Shown here: positions 10,089 through 20,117 of the stretch, in pieces
Position numbering within the stretch: position 1 is the stretch's first letter
Layout: every line of letters begins with the position of its first letter
From: Candidatus Latescibacterota bacterium
GTDB taxonomy: Bacteria; Latescibacterota; UBA2968; SICM01
Direction of reading: 5' to 3'
Assembly (NCBI GenBank): GCA_965217865.1
Contig: CBDCJO010000002.1
Coordinates: 5,216,001-5,280,000, forward strand
Length of the DNA stretch: 64,000 bases
Notes under the pieces: model-generated
The model's input: the letters and a program-made list of their open reading frames with translations, nothing else
Databases searched by the model: none
What the model was told of the DNA's origin: nothing
Position numbers and translations under genes: made by a program

Positions 10089-10208
10089 TTAGGGACCTCC
10101 GGGGCAGATGGCGACATCGGCCCCGGCTCTGGCAAGCGCCAGGGCGGTTTCACGCCCTATACCCATCGAGGCGCCGGTCACGAGGGCGGTGCGTCCCGAA
10201 AGTTTCAT
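10089..10208 (-). pseudogene. SDR oxidoreductase N-terminal fragment (not in ORF track)
   Basis: Reads [35 protein letters not shown] then PGGP*; TGxxxGIG Rossmann motif. Confidence 0.8.
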
Positions 10209-10371
10209 GAAATCGGTCTTTCATTCCAAGAACCGGTCGGTTCTCGCGGCCTGTATCGATGCTTGACAGGTAAAACCTATATGTTTCTATGGGTTCGGTT
10301 AATTCAGTTTTCAAATGATTTTGGGAGAAGTCAAGTTAAAAACCTCTTTCAAGTAGTACGGCATAATACGA

Positions 10372-10400
10372 TTGACAGGGGGGTAGGATTTTGGTAAATT
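10372..10400 (+). promoter_or_regulatory. sigma70 promoter upstream of grx-trxB
   Basis: TTGACA, 17 bp, TAAATT. Confidence 0.55.
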
Positions 10401-10507
10401 AGCTTATTTGACAGGACTTAACCTTTTGTGCCGCAATGATTGGCACCATCGTTTTGCGACGCGAGTTCCCGGAAGTTCGGGAGGAGGGGCCTTTTTCAAA
10501 CCCCGAC

Positions 10508-11731
10508 ATGCCTCATTTAAAGATTTATACCACGGATTTCTGTACCTACTGCGTCCGGGCGAAGACGATCCTAAAGGACATAGGAATCGTCGATTATGAA
10601 GAGGTAAACATCGCGGGACAGGAGGAGATGAGGGAGGAGATCGCGGGGTTAACGGGTGGGCGATGGGATGTGCCCCAGGTGTTTATCGACGGAGATTATA
10701 TCGGAGATGACGACGCCCTCGCGCAATTGGCCTATTCGGGAGAACTGGAAAGGATTTTTTCGATGAAGGGAAACGGCAAGCAAGGGGAAGGGGAAGTGAA
10801 CCGAAGGGATGTTGTGGTGATCGGATCAGGACCCGCGGGTTTGGCTGCGGCGCTCTATGCCTCCAGGGCCCAGTTGAACACCCTTGTCATCACGGGAAAC
10901 GAGATTGGCGGCCAGCTCTCGTTGACGCTGGATATTGAAAACTATCCCGGTTTCAAAAACGGGGGTGCAGCCAACCTGATCCAGGACATGCAGGATCAGG
11001 CCAAGCGCTTCGGAGCCGAGATTGAAATGGCATATGTAACGGAGTTGGACCTCTCTCAAAGGCCATTTCGGATCAAGACCTACGGCTCCGAGGTGGAAGC
11101 GCAGACCCTGATCGTGACCACGGGTTCTTCCCCTCGAAAGCTGGAAATCCCCGGTGAGCTGGAGTACGTTGGGAAAGGGGTCTCCTACTGCGCGACCTGT
11201 GACGGTTTTTTCTTCAAAGATAAGAAAATCGTCGTCGTGGGTGGGGGGGACGCGGCGGTTGAGGAGGGGCTCTTCCTGACACGTTTCGCCACGACGGTGA
11301 ATATCATCCACAGACGTGATCGGCTGCGGGCGAACCAGACCCTTCAATCCAGGGCAACCGACGAATCCAAGATCGAGTTCACGTGGAATACCGTTGTCAC
11401 GGAAGTGCTCGGGAATGACAAGGAGGTCCACGCGGTTCGCCTCAAGGACGTAAAGACGGGGATGGAAAAATCGCTTGAAACGGATGGGGTCTTTATCTTT
11501 GTCGGCCATCTCCCCAACACCAGCCTGTTCGAAGGCAAACTCACCATGGACGAGAAGGGCTATCTGGTCACGGACAAGCGACAGCAAACGAACATCGAGG
11601 GGGTCTTCGCAGCAGGCGATGTCCAGGATCACGTCTACCGACAGGCGGTTACTGCCGCGGGTACGGGTGCGGCTGCGGCGATTGAAGCCGAAAGGTTTCT
11701 CGCGGAGATGGCCGGTAAGGCCTATGTCTAA
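10508..11731 (+). CDS. trxB: Glutaredoxin-thioredoxin reductase fusion
   Basis: N-terminal Grx (YTTDFCTYC, VPQVFIDG) in frame with TrxB (GSGPAG, VSYCATCDG, GGGDAA, HRRD, AAGDV). Likely start ATG 10508. Confidence 0.9.
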   Translation: MPHLKIYTTDFCTYCVRAKTILKDIGIVDYEEVNIAGQEEMREEIAGLTGGRWDVPQVFIDGDYIGDDDALAQLAYSGELERIFSMKGNGKQGEGEVNRRDVVVIGSGPAGLAAALYASRAQLNTLVITGNEIGGQLSLTLDIENYPGFKNGGAANLIQDMQDQAKRFGAEIEMAYVTELDLSQRPFRIKTYGSEVEAQTLIVTTGSSPRKLEIPGELEYVGKGVSYCATCDGFFFKDKKIVVVGGGDAAVEEGLFLTRFATTVNIIHRRDRLRANQTLQSRATDESKIEFTWNTVVTEVLGNDKEVHAVRLKDVKTGMEKSLETDGVFIFVGHLPNTSLFEGKLTMDEKGYLVTDKRQQTNIEGVFAAGDVQDHVYRQAVTAAGTGAAAAIEAERFLAEMAGKAYV

Positions 11732-11792
11732 CTAAATTGAAGATTGAAGAAGATTGAAATTGAGGCGCCCTCCGGAGGCGAAAGGAGCAAGG

Positions 11793-13169
11793 ATGGCTCA
11801 AACTTCGGTCCAAACGAAGGAACTTTCCATCGACGAACAGTTGAGGGAGCATCTCCCAGAAGCTGCCGGTCTCTATGAACGGGCCCTGAAGATCTTTCCC
11901 AACGGGGTGACACACGACAACCGGTTCCACAAGCCCTTTCCCATCTATGTCGAGAGGGCGCAGGGTTCACGCAAGTGGGATGTCGACGGTCGGGAATATA
12001 TCGATTACGCGATGGGTCACGGCGCCCTGATCCTGGGACATTCGCATCCGACGCTCGTGCGTGCGGTAACGGATCAGGTTTCCAAAGGCACGCACTATGG
12101 CGCCTGTCACGAACTGGAACTCGAGTGGGGTCAACTGGTCATCGACCTGATCCCATCGGCGGAGCGGGTGCGGTTTACGTCTTCCGGGACGGAGGCGACG
12201 ATGATGGCCTTCCGCCTCTGCCGGACCTTCACCGGAAAGCGGAAGATCGTAAAATTCGAGGGCCATTTCCACGGCTGGCACGACAACACCCACATCGGTG
12301 TGGACCTCCCCTTCGAGCAGCCCACACCGGGAGTTCTGAACGAAGTCCACGAAAGCGTCATCCTCTGCCCTCCCAATGATTCCGCCCGGCTCGACGACAT
12401 CCTTTCGAAGGACAAAGATATCGCCTTGGTGGTGATTGAACCGTCGGGTGCTATGTTCGGGAATATCCCCACACGGCCCGGTTTCCTCGAAGAGCTTCGG
12501 GAGATCACCAGGTCTCACGGGATCCTGCTCCTTTTCGATGAAGTGGTGACCGGATTCCGTTGTTCGCCGGGTGGGGCACAGGGATTTTACGGCGTAATCC
12601 CGGATATGACGGCACTCGCGAAAATTCTGGCCGGAGGTTTGCCGGGGGGTTGCGTGGCGGGCAGGGCGGATATCATGGAATTGCTCGAGTTTAAAGGAGA
12701 TCCTGAGTGGAACAAGGGACGAAAGTTTCCTCATCCGGGGACTTTCAACGCGAATCCGGTCAGTGCGGCCGGGGGGATCGCGACGCTCAAGGCGATCGCA
12801 TCGGGTGAAGAGATCGACAAGGCCAACCGTGCCGCAAAAACCCTCCGGAACCGCATGAACGATCTGATCGAGGCTCGAAAGCTTCCCTGGTGCGTCTACG
12901 GGGCCTTCTCCGAATTTATCGTCCTGCCCGACTGCGGGGGACCCAACGCAGTGGAGGAGATCATGGCCGGCCGTTTCGATCACAGGCGGCTCAAGGGTTT
13001 AGACAAGACGCTGTCCGAAAAATATCGATCCACCATGACCCTGAATGGAGTTCATGTTCTGTCCAACAAGGGATTGACCTCCTCGGTCCACACCCAGGAG
13101 GATCTGGACGAGACCGTGGAGGCGTTCGACAGGTCGATAGATATGTTGAAGCAAGAAGGGCTTGTTTAG
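11793..13169 (+). CDS. Class III aminotransferase (glutamate-1-semialdehyde aminomutase-like)
   Basis: SSGTEA, FEGHFHG, FDEVVTGFR, AKILAGG, GTFNANP; RBS AAGGAG before ATG 11793. Confidence 0.85.
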   Translation: MAQTSVQTKELSIDEQLREHLPEAAGLYERALKIFPNGVTHDNRFHKPFPIYVERAQGSRKWDVDGREYIDYAMGHGALILGHSHPTLVRAVTDQVSKGTHYGACHELELEWGQLVIDLIPSAERVRFTSSGTEATMMAFRLCRTFTGKRKIVKFEGHFHGWHDNTHIGVDLPFEQPTPGVLNEVHESVILCPPNDSARLDDILSKDKDIALVVIEPSGAMFGNIPTRPGFLEELREITRSHGILLLFDEVVTGFRCSPGGAQGFYGVIPDMTALAKILAGGLPGGCVAGRADIMELLEFKGDPEWNKGRKFPHPGTFNANPVSAAGGIATLKAIASGEEIDKANRAAKTLRNRMNDLIEARKLPWCVYGAFSEFIVLPDCGGPNAVEEIMAGRFDHRRLKGLDKTLSEKYRSTMTLNGVHVLSNKGLTSSVHTQEDLDETVEAFDRSIDMLKQEGLV

Positions 13170-13284
13170 ATAGGGAAGTGCAAAGTGCAAATGCAAAATG
13201 GAGGAAATTGAGTCTGAACGGTGTTCGGGAGTAATGGAGGAAAGATCATTTCTTCCACTTCTCTCTTTACCTGAGGTTTAAGGC

Positions 13285-14949
13285 TTGGGCAGCGAAAAGC
13301 GGGCATTGATTAGTGTTTCGGATAGGCGCGGGGTGGTTGCGTTTGCGAAGTGTCTTTCGAAGGCCGGGTTCGAGATCGTCTCGACCGGGGGCACGGGCCG
13401 TGCCCTCAGGGAGGGTGGCGTGTCCGTGACCGAGGTTTCGGATCTGACGGGTTTTCCGGAGATGATGGGGGGTAGGGTGAAGACCCTTCATCCAAAAATC
13501 CACGGCGGGCTCCTGGCGCTCAGAGACGATTCGACGCACCAGGCCGAGGCGGGGGAGAGCGGAATTGGAATGATCGATCTTCTCGTCGTCAATCTTTACC
13601 CCTTCAAGGAGACGGTGGCGAAGAACGGCGTGACCCTTGAAGAGGCCATCGAAAATATCGATATCGGCGGTCCGGCCATGATCCGAAGCGGGGCCAAGAA
13701 TTACCGTCACGTTACCGTTGTGGTGGACCCCGCGGATTATGATAAAATCGCTGCGGAGATCGAGGGAAACGGAATATCTCAGGCCACGCGGGAGAAGCTG
13801 GCTGTCAAAGCGTTTCGCCACACCGCCGATTATGATTCAGCGATTGAGACGTTTCTGGTCGATCGATTGACAGGGGAACGAATTCGACGCGTGCGTTATG
13901 AAGGGGGAAAACCCCTTCGCTACGGAGAAAACGTTCACCAAGAAGCCATCCTTTACCGGTCTGCGGGCGGGGAAGGGGTGGCCGGGGCGGTCCAGCTACA
14001 CGGTAAAGAAATGTCCTACAACAATTACCTCGATGCCCAGGCGGCCGTGGAGGCGGTGCGGGACATCGCTGATAAGCCCGCCGCCGTCGTTGCGAAGCAC
14101 GGGAATCCCTGCGGTTTCGCCACAGGACCGGACCTGGCAACGGCTCTGGAAAAGGCGTGGAACGGGGACAGGGAGAGTGCGATGGGGTCGGTGATCGCAG
14201 TCTCTCAGCGGATGGACCGGAAGGCCGCGGAATTTCTGCGCACCCCTTACCGATCCCCCTTGATCGAAGGCGAGCGGAGACGGTTCATCGAGATCGTTGC
14301 GGCCCCGGGATTCGATAAGGATGCCCTGGACCTGCTGCGTCGGAAAAGCAAGGATCTCAGGCTCCTGGAGATCAGCCCGTTCGACGCTTCCGAACCGACT
14401 TCTGTGCTCTATCGACATGTGTCGGGCGGTTTGCTCGAACAGTCTCGCGATGATGTGCTTTTTGAACGCTGGGAGCAGGTCACCCGCACGTCCTTTCCTG
14501 AGTCGAAACGGGGTCTGGGGGAGTTCGTGATGAAGGCCGCAAAGCACACGAAGTCGAATGCCATTATCCTCGGAAGAGAGTATGTGCCGGGCGAGTACCA
14601 GGTCATCGGAATGGGAGCCGGCCAGCCAAACCGGGTCGATTCTCTTAGAAAGTTGTCGATTACTAAGGCACGGGAGAATTTGGAATGCGAATTCGCCGAG
14701 CTTTCCGACGGCGGTGATTTAGAATCTTATATCCAGGAGCAAATTTCCGAGGTGGTGCTCGCTTCAGATGCGTTTATCCCTTTCGATGACACCATCAAGA
14801 TCGCCCACGAGCTGGGGCTCCGTTATATCGTGCAGCCGGGCGGCTCGGTGATGACGGCCCCGGGGGGTGGAGACAAGTCCGTCATTGAAACGGCGGACCG
14901 GCTCGGGGTCGGGATGGTTTTTACGGGTACCAGGCATTTTCTTCATTGA
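13285..14949 (+). CDS. purH: Bifunctional IMP cyclohydrolase / AICAR transformylase
   Basis: RALISVSD, GGRVKTLHP, ENIDIGGP, LRYGEN, KHGNPCG, ASDAF, QPGGS, TGTRHFLH. Confidence 0.95.
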   Translation: MGSEKRALISVSDRRGVVAFAKCLSKAGFEIVSTGGTGRALREGGVSVTEVSDLTGFPEMMGGRVKTLHPKIHGGLLALRDDSTHQAEAGESGIGMIDLLVVNLYPFKETVAKNGVTLEEAIENIDIGGPAMIRSGAKNYRHVTVVVDPADYDKIAAEIEGNGISQATREKLAVKAFRHTADYDSAIETFLVDRLTGERIRRVRYEGGKPLRYGENVHQEAILYRSAGGEGVAGAVQLHGKEMSYNNYLDAQAAVEAVRDIADKPAAVVAKHGNPCGFATGPDLATALEKAWNGDRESAMGSVIAVSQRMDRKAAEFLRTPYRSPLIEGERRRFIEIVAAPGFDKDALDLLRRKSKDLRLLEISPFDASEPTSVLYRHVSGGLLEQSRDDVLFERWEQVTRTSFPESKRGLGEFVMKAAKHTKSNAIILGREYVPGEYQVIGMGAGQPNRVDSLRKLSITKARENLECEFAELSDGGDLESYIQEQISEVVLASDAFIPFDDTIKIAHELGLRYIVQPGGSVMTAPGGGDKSVIETADRLGVGMVFTGTRHFLH

Positions 14950-15090
14950 TCCACAGGGATTCAAGTCGGGGTGAACCCCTTAACCCCTTATTCGAACACC
15001 TTTTCACCAGGGTAATAAGAAAGAATCGTCTGATCCGGATTCCCACGCAAGAAGGGTCTCCCCGGATTTTTTGGAGAAAAGGAACCATAC

Positions 15091-16110
15091 ATGGGCTGGT
15101 CATTCTCAAGCATGTTCTCCAGCGATATCGGCATCGATCTGGGAACTGCGAACACCCTCGTCTACATGAAGGGGCGTGGTATCATTATCAACGCCCCCTC
15201 AATTGTCGCTCTCGACAAGAAGAATCGAAAGCCCCTGGCGTTCGGGGTCGAAGCGAAGGAGATGATGGGCCGGGAGAACCCCAACATCGAGACCATTCGG
15301 CCTCTCCGGGACGGGGTGATAGCGGATTTCGAAGTGACCGAAGAGCTGCTCCGTTATTTCATCAAAAAGGCCCAGCGCAATCGTCCCTTTGTGCGCCCCC
15401 GAATTGTAATCGGGGTCCCGTCCGGGGTGACCGAGGTTGAAAAGCGGGCGGTGCGTGAATCGGCGGAGCGGGCGGGGGCGAGGGACGTTTACCTGATCGC
15501 TGAGCCCATGGCCGCCGCCATCGGTATCAATCTGCCTGTTGGCGACGCTGTCGGTTCAATGGTGATCGATATCGGCGGAGGGACGACCGAGATCGCGGTG
15601 ATCGCCCTGTCAGGTATCGTGACTTCCCGATCGCTCCGGGTCGGGGGGGATGACATGGATGAGGCCGTCGTCAACCATATGAAGCGAAAATACAGCCTGC
15701 TGGTGGGGAGCCGGACTGCTGAGATGATTAAGTGTACGATCGGGTCAGCGGGGCCCCTGGATGAAGAGGTTCAGTTCCCGGTTAAGGGGCTGGACCTGAT
15801 TGCCTCCATCCCGAAGACGATCATCGTCGATTCTACGGACATCCGGGAAGCCATGAATGATCCGGTCAACCTGATCATCGAAGGCGTCCGTCAGTCTCTC
15901 GAGCAAACCCCCCCCGAACTGGCCGCGGATATTCTGGACAGGGGGATCATCCTGAGCGGCGGGGGGTCCTTGTTGCGGGGGATGGACCGACGTCTGATGG
16001 AGGAGACCAGCCTTCCGGTGATCGGAGCGGAAGAACCCCTGACCTGTGTGGTTCGCGGTACAGGTAAGGTCCTGGAGGATATCGCATTCTATCAAAAGAT
16101 GATGCTTTAA
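15091..16110 (+). CDS. mreB: Rod shape-determining protein MreB
   Basis: IDLGTANT, RPLRDGVIADF, DIGGGTT, LSGGGSLL. Confidence 0.97.
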   Translation: MGWSFSSMFSSDIGIDLGTANTLVYMKGRGIIINAPSIVALDKKNRKPLAFGVEAKEMMGRENPNIETIRPLRDGVIADFEVTEELLRYFIKKAQRNRPFVRPRIVIGVPSGVTEVEKRAVRESAERAGARDVYLIAEPMAAAIGINLPVGDAVGSMVIDIGGGTTEIAVIALSGIVTSRSLRVGGDDMDEAVVNHMKRKYSLLVGSRTAEMIKCTIGSAGPLDEEVQFPVKGLDLIASIPKTIIVDSTDIREAMNDPVNLIIEGVRQSLEQTPPELAADILDRGIILSGGGSLLRGMDRRLMEETSLPVIGAEEPLTCVVRGTGKVLEDIAFYQKMML

Positions 16111-16137
16111 GGTAGTCGTTCCGCCTACTTATCTGAT

Positions 16138-16944
16138 ATGTATTGGATAAAGAGTTTCCTGCAGGCCAGAAAGCCTTATGTGGCTTTCGCCGTCGTGGTT
16201 GTGCTCTCTTTCGGGCTTATGGCCCTGAGCGTGGAAAACAAGGTGGCTGTGGCAAGGTGGGTCTCCATCTCGACCATCGGTGTGGGGCACTGGATGTTCT
16301 CGGGGTTGATCGATCTGTTCCACGTGCGGGATGAGAACCGCATGCTGCGGGAGCAGAATCTCAGGCTTTCGCTGGAGCTGGTGAAGATACGAGAGGAACG
16401 TCTCGAAAACATCAGGCTCCGGGACCTGCTGGGTTTCAAGTCCAGGCTGAAATATCCTTATGTGGCCGCGGAGGTGATCGGACGGGATCCGGGAAGGCAC
16501 CCGAATTCAATCCTAATCAATGTCGGACGGAATGACGGGGTGGTGGATCGGATGGCCGTTGTGACTTCGGACGGGCTCGTTGGAAAGGTGCTCGCAGTTC
16601 ATTCGGGGAGCGCCGTGGTTCAGCTTCTTACGGGTCGAAACTGCCGGGTAAGCGGGGTGGTTCAGCGGAACGACCGAGGTCATGGAATCGTTCGGTACGA
16701 GGATGGAAAGTTTTACCTTCACGGCTTCCCCCTTCGAACAGATATCCAGGTAGGGGATGTCGTCGTTTCGTCAGGCATGGGCGGTATCTTTCCGGCCGAT
16801 CTTCCGATCGGCACGGTCCGGGAATTGGGTCCGGACCAGATGGGGCTCTTTCAGGAAGTGATTCTAAAGGGGTGTGTCAATTTCGATTCGATCGAGGAAG
16901 TCTTTGTCCTGACGAACGGCCACAACCTGAATGGATCCGGTTAG
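16138..16944 (+). CDS. mreC: Rod shape-determining protein MreC
   Basis: Follows mreB; TM, coiled coil ENIRLRDLL, AEVIGRD, GLVGKV, SSGMGGIFP. Confidence 0.92.
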   Translation: MYWIKSFLQARKPYVAFAVVVVLSFGLMALSVENKVAVARWVSISTIGVGHWMFSGLIDLFHVRDENRMLREQNLRLSLELVKIREERLENIRLRDLLGFKSRLKYPYVAAEVIGRDPGRHPNSILINVGRNDGVVDRMAVVTSDGLVGKVLAVHSGSAVVQLLTGRNCRVSGVVQRNDRGHGIVRYEDGKFYLHGFPLRTDIQVGDVVVSSGMGGIFPADLPIGTVRELGPDQMGLFQEVILKGCVNFDSIEEVFVLTNGHNLNGSG

Positions 16945-16952
16945 GGGGTCCC

Positions 16953-16981
16953 TTGACATTAGAAATTCGTTTTTGTATACT
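16953..16981 (+). promoter_or_regulatory. sigma70 promoter of sppA-hup-bS22-tRNA cluster
   Basis: TTGACA, 17 bp, TATACT. Confidence 0.7.
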
Positions 16982-17008
16982 TAATGGCTTTTTGTCTATA
17001 ATTTTGAG

Positions 17009-17896
17009 GTGATTATGTCCAACCGCGGTGGATGGGTCGTCGGTGGTGTGATCGGGGTTGGCGTTCTTCTGGTTCTGTTCGCCGGGTTGATGGGAGGTAC
17101 GGGAGGTTCCGGCGGAACCGGATTTTTCGGCAGCGGAGGGGGACAGAAGGTCGGATTGGTGGAGATCGAAGGGCCTATTATTTCTTCCGCCTCGATCGTC
17201 AAACAGCTCAAGCACTACGGTAAGGATTCATCTGTTCCCGCGCTGGTCTTACGGGTGAACAGTCCCGGTGGGGGGGTCGCAGCCACTCAGGAGATCTATC
17301 AGGAGATCCTGAAGCTTAGAGAAGAGGGGAAATGGGTGGTGGCGTCCCTGGGCAGCGTCGCTGCTTCGGGCGGATATTACGTTGCGGTGGCGGCGGATAC
17401 CATCGTCGCGAACCCGGGGACGGTCACGGGGAGTATCGGTGTCATCATCGGGCTTTACAACTTCGAAGGGCTTCTCCGGAAGATCGGACTGGACGTCAAT
17501 ATCATAAAAAGCGGGAAGTACAAGGACGTCGGATCGCCTTCTCGCCCCATGCTTCCGGAAGAGCGCGAGATGCTGCAGGGTGTGACGGACGATACGTACG
17601 GACAGTTTGTAGATGCGATCGTCGAAGGACGCAGTTTGGATCGTGAAGCGATCCTGAAGTTGGCAGATGGAAGGATCTTTACGGGACGCCAGGCGAAATC
17701 GTTCGGGCTTGTGGATCTTTTAGGAACTTATGAGGACGCGATCTCCGTGGCCGGGGAGATGAGCGGCCTGGGAAGGAAGCCCGAAACCGTCAAAGAGGCA
17801 AAGCCCGACTGGTGGGAATCGATTTTGGATCGGATAAATTCCGAGATGGCTTCGTTCTTTACCCGGCGCATCTCCGTTCGTTATTCCTTGCCGTAA
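17009..17896 (+). CDS. sppA: Signal peptide peptidase SppA (S49, short form)
   Basis: RVNSPGG, AASGGYY, TGSIGV, KSGKYKD, ADGRIFTG. Confidence 0.93.
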   Translation: MIMSNRGGWVVGGVIGVGVLLVLFAGLMGGTGGSGGTGFFGSGGGQKVGLVEIEGPIISSASIVKQLKHYGKDSSVPALVLRVNSPGGGVAATQEIYQEILKLREEGKWVVASLGSVAASGGYYVAVAADTIVANPGTVTGSIGVIIGLYNFEGLLRKIGLDVNIIKSGKYKDVGSPSRPMLPEEREMLQGVTDDTYGQFVDAIVEGRSLDREAILKLADGRIFTGRQAKSFGLVDLLGTYEDAISVAGEMSGLGRKPETVKEAKPDWWESILDRINSEMASFFTRRISVRYSLP

Positions 17897-17917
17897 ACCG
17901 ATGACGGGAGGGAGACC

Positions 17918-18199
17918 GTGACCAAAGCCGATATCGTGGATCAAATCGCCGAGGGGACAGGTTTAACGAAGACGGACACCTCGGCGATTGTCGAGGGTTT
18001 CCTTTCCGCGGTTACCCAGGCGCTTGTGAATGAGGACCACATCGAGATCCGGGGTTTCGGGACTTTCAAGGTGGTCCAAAGAGCGCCCCGCACGGGCCGA
18101 AATCCCAAGACGGGTGAGGCGGTCCGCATTCCATCACGCCCGGTCCCGGTATTTAAGCCGTCCCGCGAGTTGAGAATAAGGGTTGAAAAAGGGAAGTAA
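17918..18199 (+). CDS. hup: HU/IHF DNA-binding protein
   Basis: MTKADIV, IRGFGTF, RTGRNPKTGE, FKPS. Confidence 0.9.
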   Translation: MTKADIVDQIAEGTGLTKTDTSAIVEGFLSAVTQALVNEDHIEIRGFGTFKVVQRAPRTGRNPKTGEAVRIPSRPVPVFKPSRELRIRVEKGK

Positions 18200-18236
18200 G
18201 GATATCCTGAGAAGAGCAAGGTGAGGAGGTGGTCGG

Positions 18237-18332
18237 TTGCCAAGCGGAAAAAAGCGGAAGCGTCAAAAGATCTCGACGCACAAGCGAAAAAAGCGTCGGC
18301 GCAGAGACCGGCATAAGAAGAAGATAAGATAA
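18237..18332 (+). CDS. Small basic ribosomal protein bS22 (AURKAIP1/COX24 domain), not in ORF track
   Basis: GAGGAGG RBS, TTG start; MPSGKKRKRQKISTHKRKKRRRRDRHKKKIR* (31 aa). Confidence 0.85.
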   Translation: MPSGKKRKRQKISTHKRKKRRRRDRHKKKIR

Positions 18333-18338
18333 GGCGGT

Positions 18339-18412
18339 GGGCTATTAGCTCAGGTGGATAGAGCGTTGGTCTCCGGAACCAAAGGCCGCAGGTTCGAGTC
18401 CTGCATAGCCCG
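18339..18412 (+). tRNA. tRNA-Arg(CCG)
   Basis: GGGCTAT/ATAGCCC acceptor stem; anticodon arm TTGGT-CTCCGGA-ACCAA; GGTTCGAGTCC. Confidence 0.95.
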
Positions 18413-18430
18413 CATCGACATCAGATGTTC

Positions 18431-18504
18431 CGGGCCGTAGCGCAGTCCGGTAGCGCACTTGCTTGGGGTGCAAGTGGTCGCCGGTTCAAATCCGGCCGGC
18501 CCGA
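18431..18504 (+). tRNA. tRNA-Pro(GGG)
   Basis: CGGGCCG/CGGCCCG acceptor stem; CTTGC-TTGGGGT-GCAAG; GGTTCAAATCC. Confidence 0.95.
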
Positions 18505-18513
18505 TAAATAAAT

Positions 18514-18556
18514 AAAAGAGGCAAGCCTAGATTAATTAAGGTGTTGCCTCTTTTTT
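18514..18556 (+). terminator. Terminator after tRNA cluster
   Basis: AAAAGAGGCAA...TTGCCTCTTTTTT. Confidence 0.7.
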
Positions 18557-18623
18557 GTGGAAAAATAACAAAAGCATTGGACTTGAATTTTATCAGGTAA
18601 ATTTTGGTTGGTTTTAGTCTTTT

Positions 18624-20105
18624 TTGGTGAATAGGATAAATAAAATGCCTTCGGACCATCGTGACTTATCACGTATCGATGAGATGCTGAAAACACACGA
18701 GGCACAGGCACTCTCCTGGTCCATTGCTGCTCGGATGCTCTTTTTCGGCTTGTTTGCAGGTCTTGTGATTCTCCATCTGATTGGTCTACTGCGTCCTGGT
18801 ATCGTCGCAGAGAGCGAAACAGGCGCTTTATGGATCCTGGGAATCCAACTCGCTGTACTCGGTATTCTTAGTTGCCTGGTCAGACTTGCACGGCGTGAGC
18901 AGCACCTCACCTATGTCGGTATTGGCTCCGTCTTAATTGACATCACAGCCCTTTCAGGGCTAGTGATTCTTTGGGCTGTAACGATCGATACACCTGATGG
19001 CACCGATGCGTTTCTCATGAAGAATGAAGTATTCAGTATTGCAATCGTTGCGATCGTGGTTAGTGCCATCGCGCTCCGGCCGCTATACCCGGTCCTGAGT
19101 TCAGCAGGATTCATTTTGCTTCACCTGGGAATCATGATTTACGTACTTTCTGACGACCAAGTTGTAACCACCGATCAATTTATGGACCACTTTTATGGCG
19201 GCGCAGTCAATCCTGGTATATTTATCGTGCGTATTATCATGCTGGGAATTGTGGGTCTATTTCTGGCGGGCATCGCTCGATGGGCACAAAAGATCATCCA
19301 GGATGCAGTTGATTTGGAGATTTCTAACTTTGAAATCAAGGAGCAACAGGCTCAACTCGTCCACGATGGCAAAATGGCGGCAATGAGCGGGCTTGTGGCG
19401 GGTGTCGCGCACGAAGTCAATAATCCCCTTGGCGTCGTTAAAAGCAGTTTGGAAACCTCGGGAAGATGCGCCTCAAAGCTGTCTGAGGAATTAGCCGTCT
19501 CTTCCGACGGATCAAAAATAAATCGAATACTTAAGGTTTTGAAGGACAATAGCTATGTTGCAGGCCAGGCAGTCGAACGAATCGCCAATTTGGTTAATTC
19601 TATGAAAGATTTCGCCCGCCTCGACGAGGCTGAGGTTCAGCTTGCTGACCTACGAACGGGGTTGGATACTACACTTTCTCTTATCGAGCCTGAAAAAAAA
19701 GGGAATGTAGAGGTTGTAAAGAAATATGGAGAAATACCTCAGATCGAATGCAGGCCTAAGGAACTCAACCAGGTCTTCATGACCATCATAGTAAACGCCT
19801 TTGAGGCCATGGGTGGACAAGGAACGGTTCACATTTCTGCTACAACAGTTGACGATCATGTCACCATTGAAATTGCTGACACCGGCCCCGGTATTCCGGA
19901 TAACAAAATATCTGATTTATTCGAAATTGGGTTTGCCGCCAGCAAAGGCAGGATGTCGATGGGACTGGGGTTGCCCATGGCGTATAGAATTATAAAGCGT
20001 CACGGTGGGGAACTATCGGTTCACAGTAAATTAGACGAGGGCACATCCTTTAAAATCTCATTACCGGTTAATCGATTGACTGTTGGGTTAAGACTAAGAG
20101 CCTAA
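18624..20105 (+). CDS. Multi-TM sensor histidine kinase (NtrB-like)
   Basis: About 6 TM helices, AGVAHEVNNPL, NQVFMTIIVNA, DTGPGI, GLGLPM. Confidence 0.88.
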   Translation: MVNRINKMPSDHRDLSRIDEMLKTHEAQALSWSIAARMLFFGLFAGLVILHLIGLLRPGIVAESETGALWILGIQLAVLGILSCLVRLARREQHLTYVGIGSVLIDITALSGLVILWAVTIDTPDGTDAFLMKNEVFSIAIVAIVVSAIALRPLYPVLSSAGFILLHLGIMIYVLSDDQVVTTDQFMDHFYGGAVNPGIFIVRIIMLGIVGLFLAGIARWAQKIIQDAVDLEISNFEIKEQQAQLVHDGKMAAMSGLVAGVAHEVNNPLGVVKSSLETSGRCASKLSEELAVSSDGSKINRILKVLKDNSYVAGQAVERIANLVNSMKDFARLDEAEVQLADLRTGLDTTLSLIEPEKKGNVEVVKKYGEIPQIECRPKELNQVFMTIIVNAFEAMGGQGTVHISATTVDDHVTIEIADTGPGIPDNKISDLFEIGFAASKGRMSMGLGLPMAYRIIKRHGGELSVHSKLDEGTSFKISLPVNRLTVGLRLRA

Positions 20106-20117
20106 GGAGGGACGACT

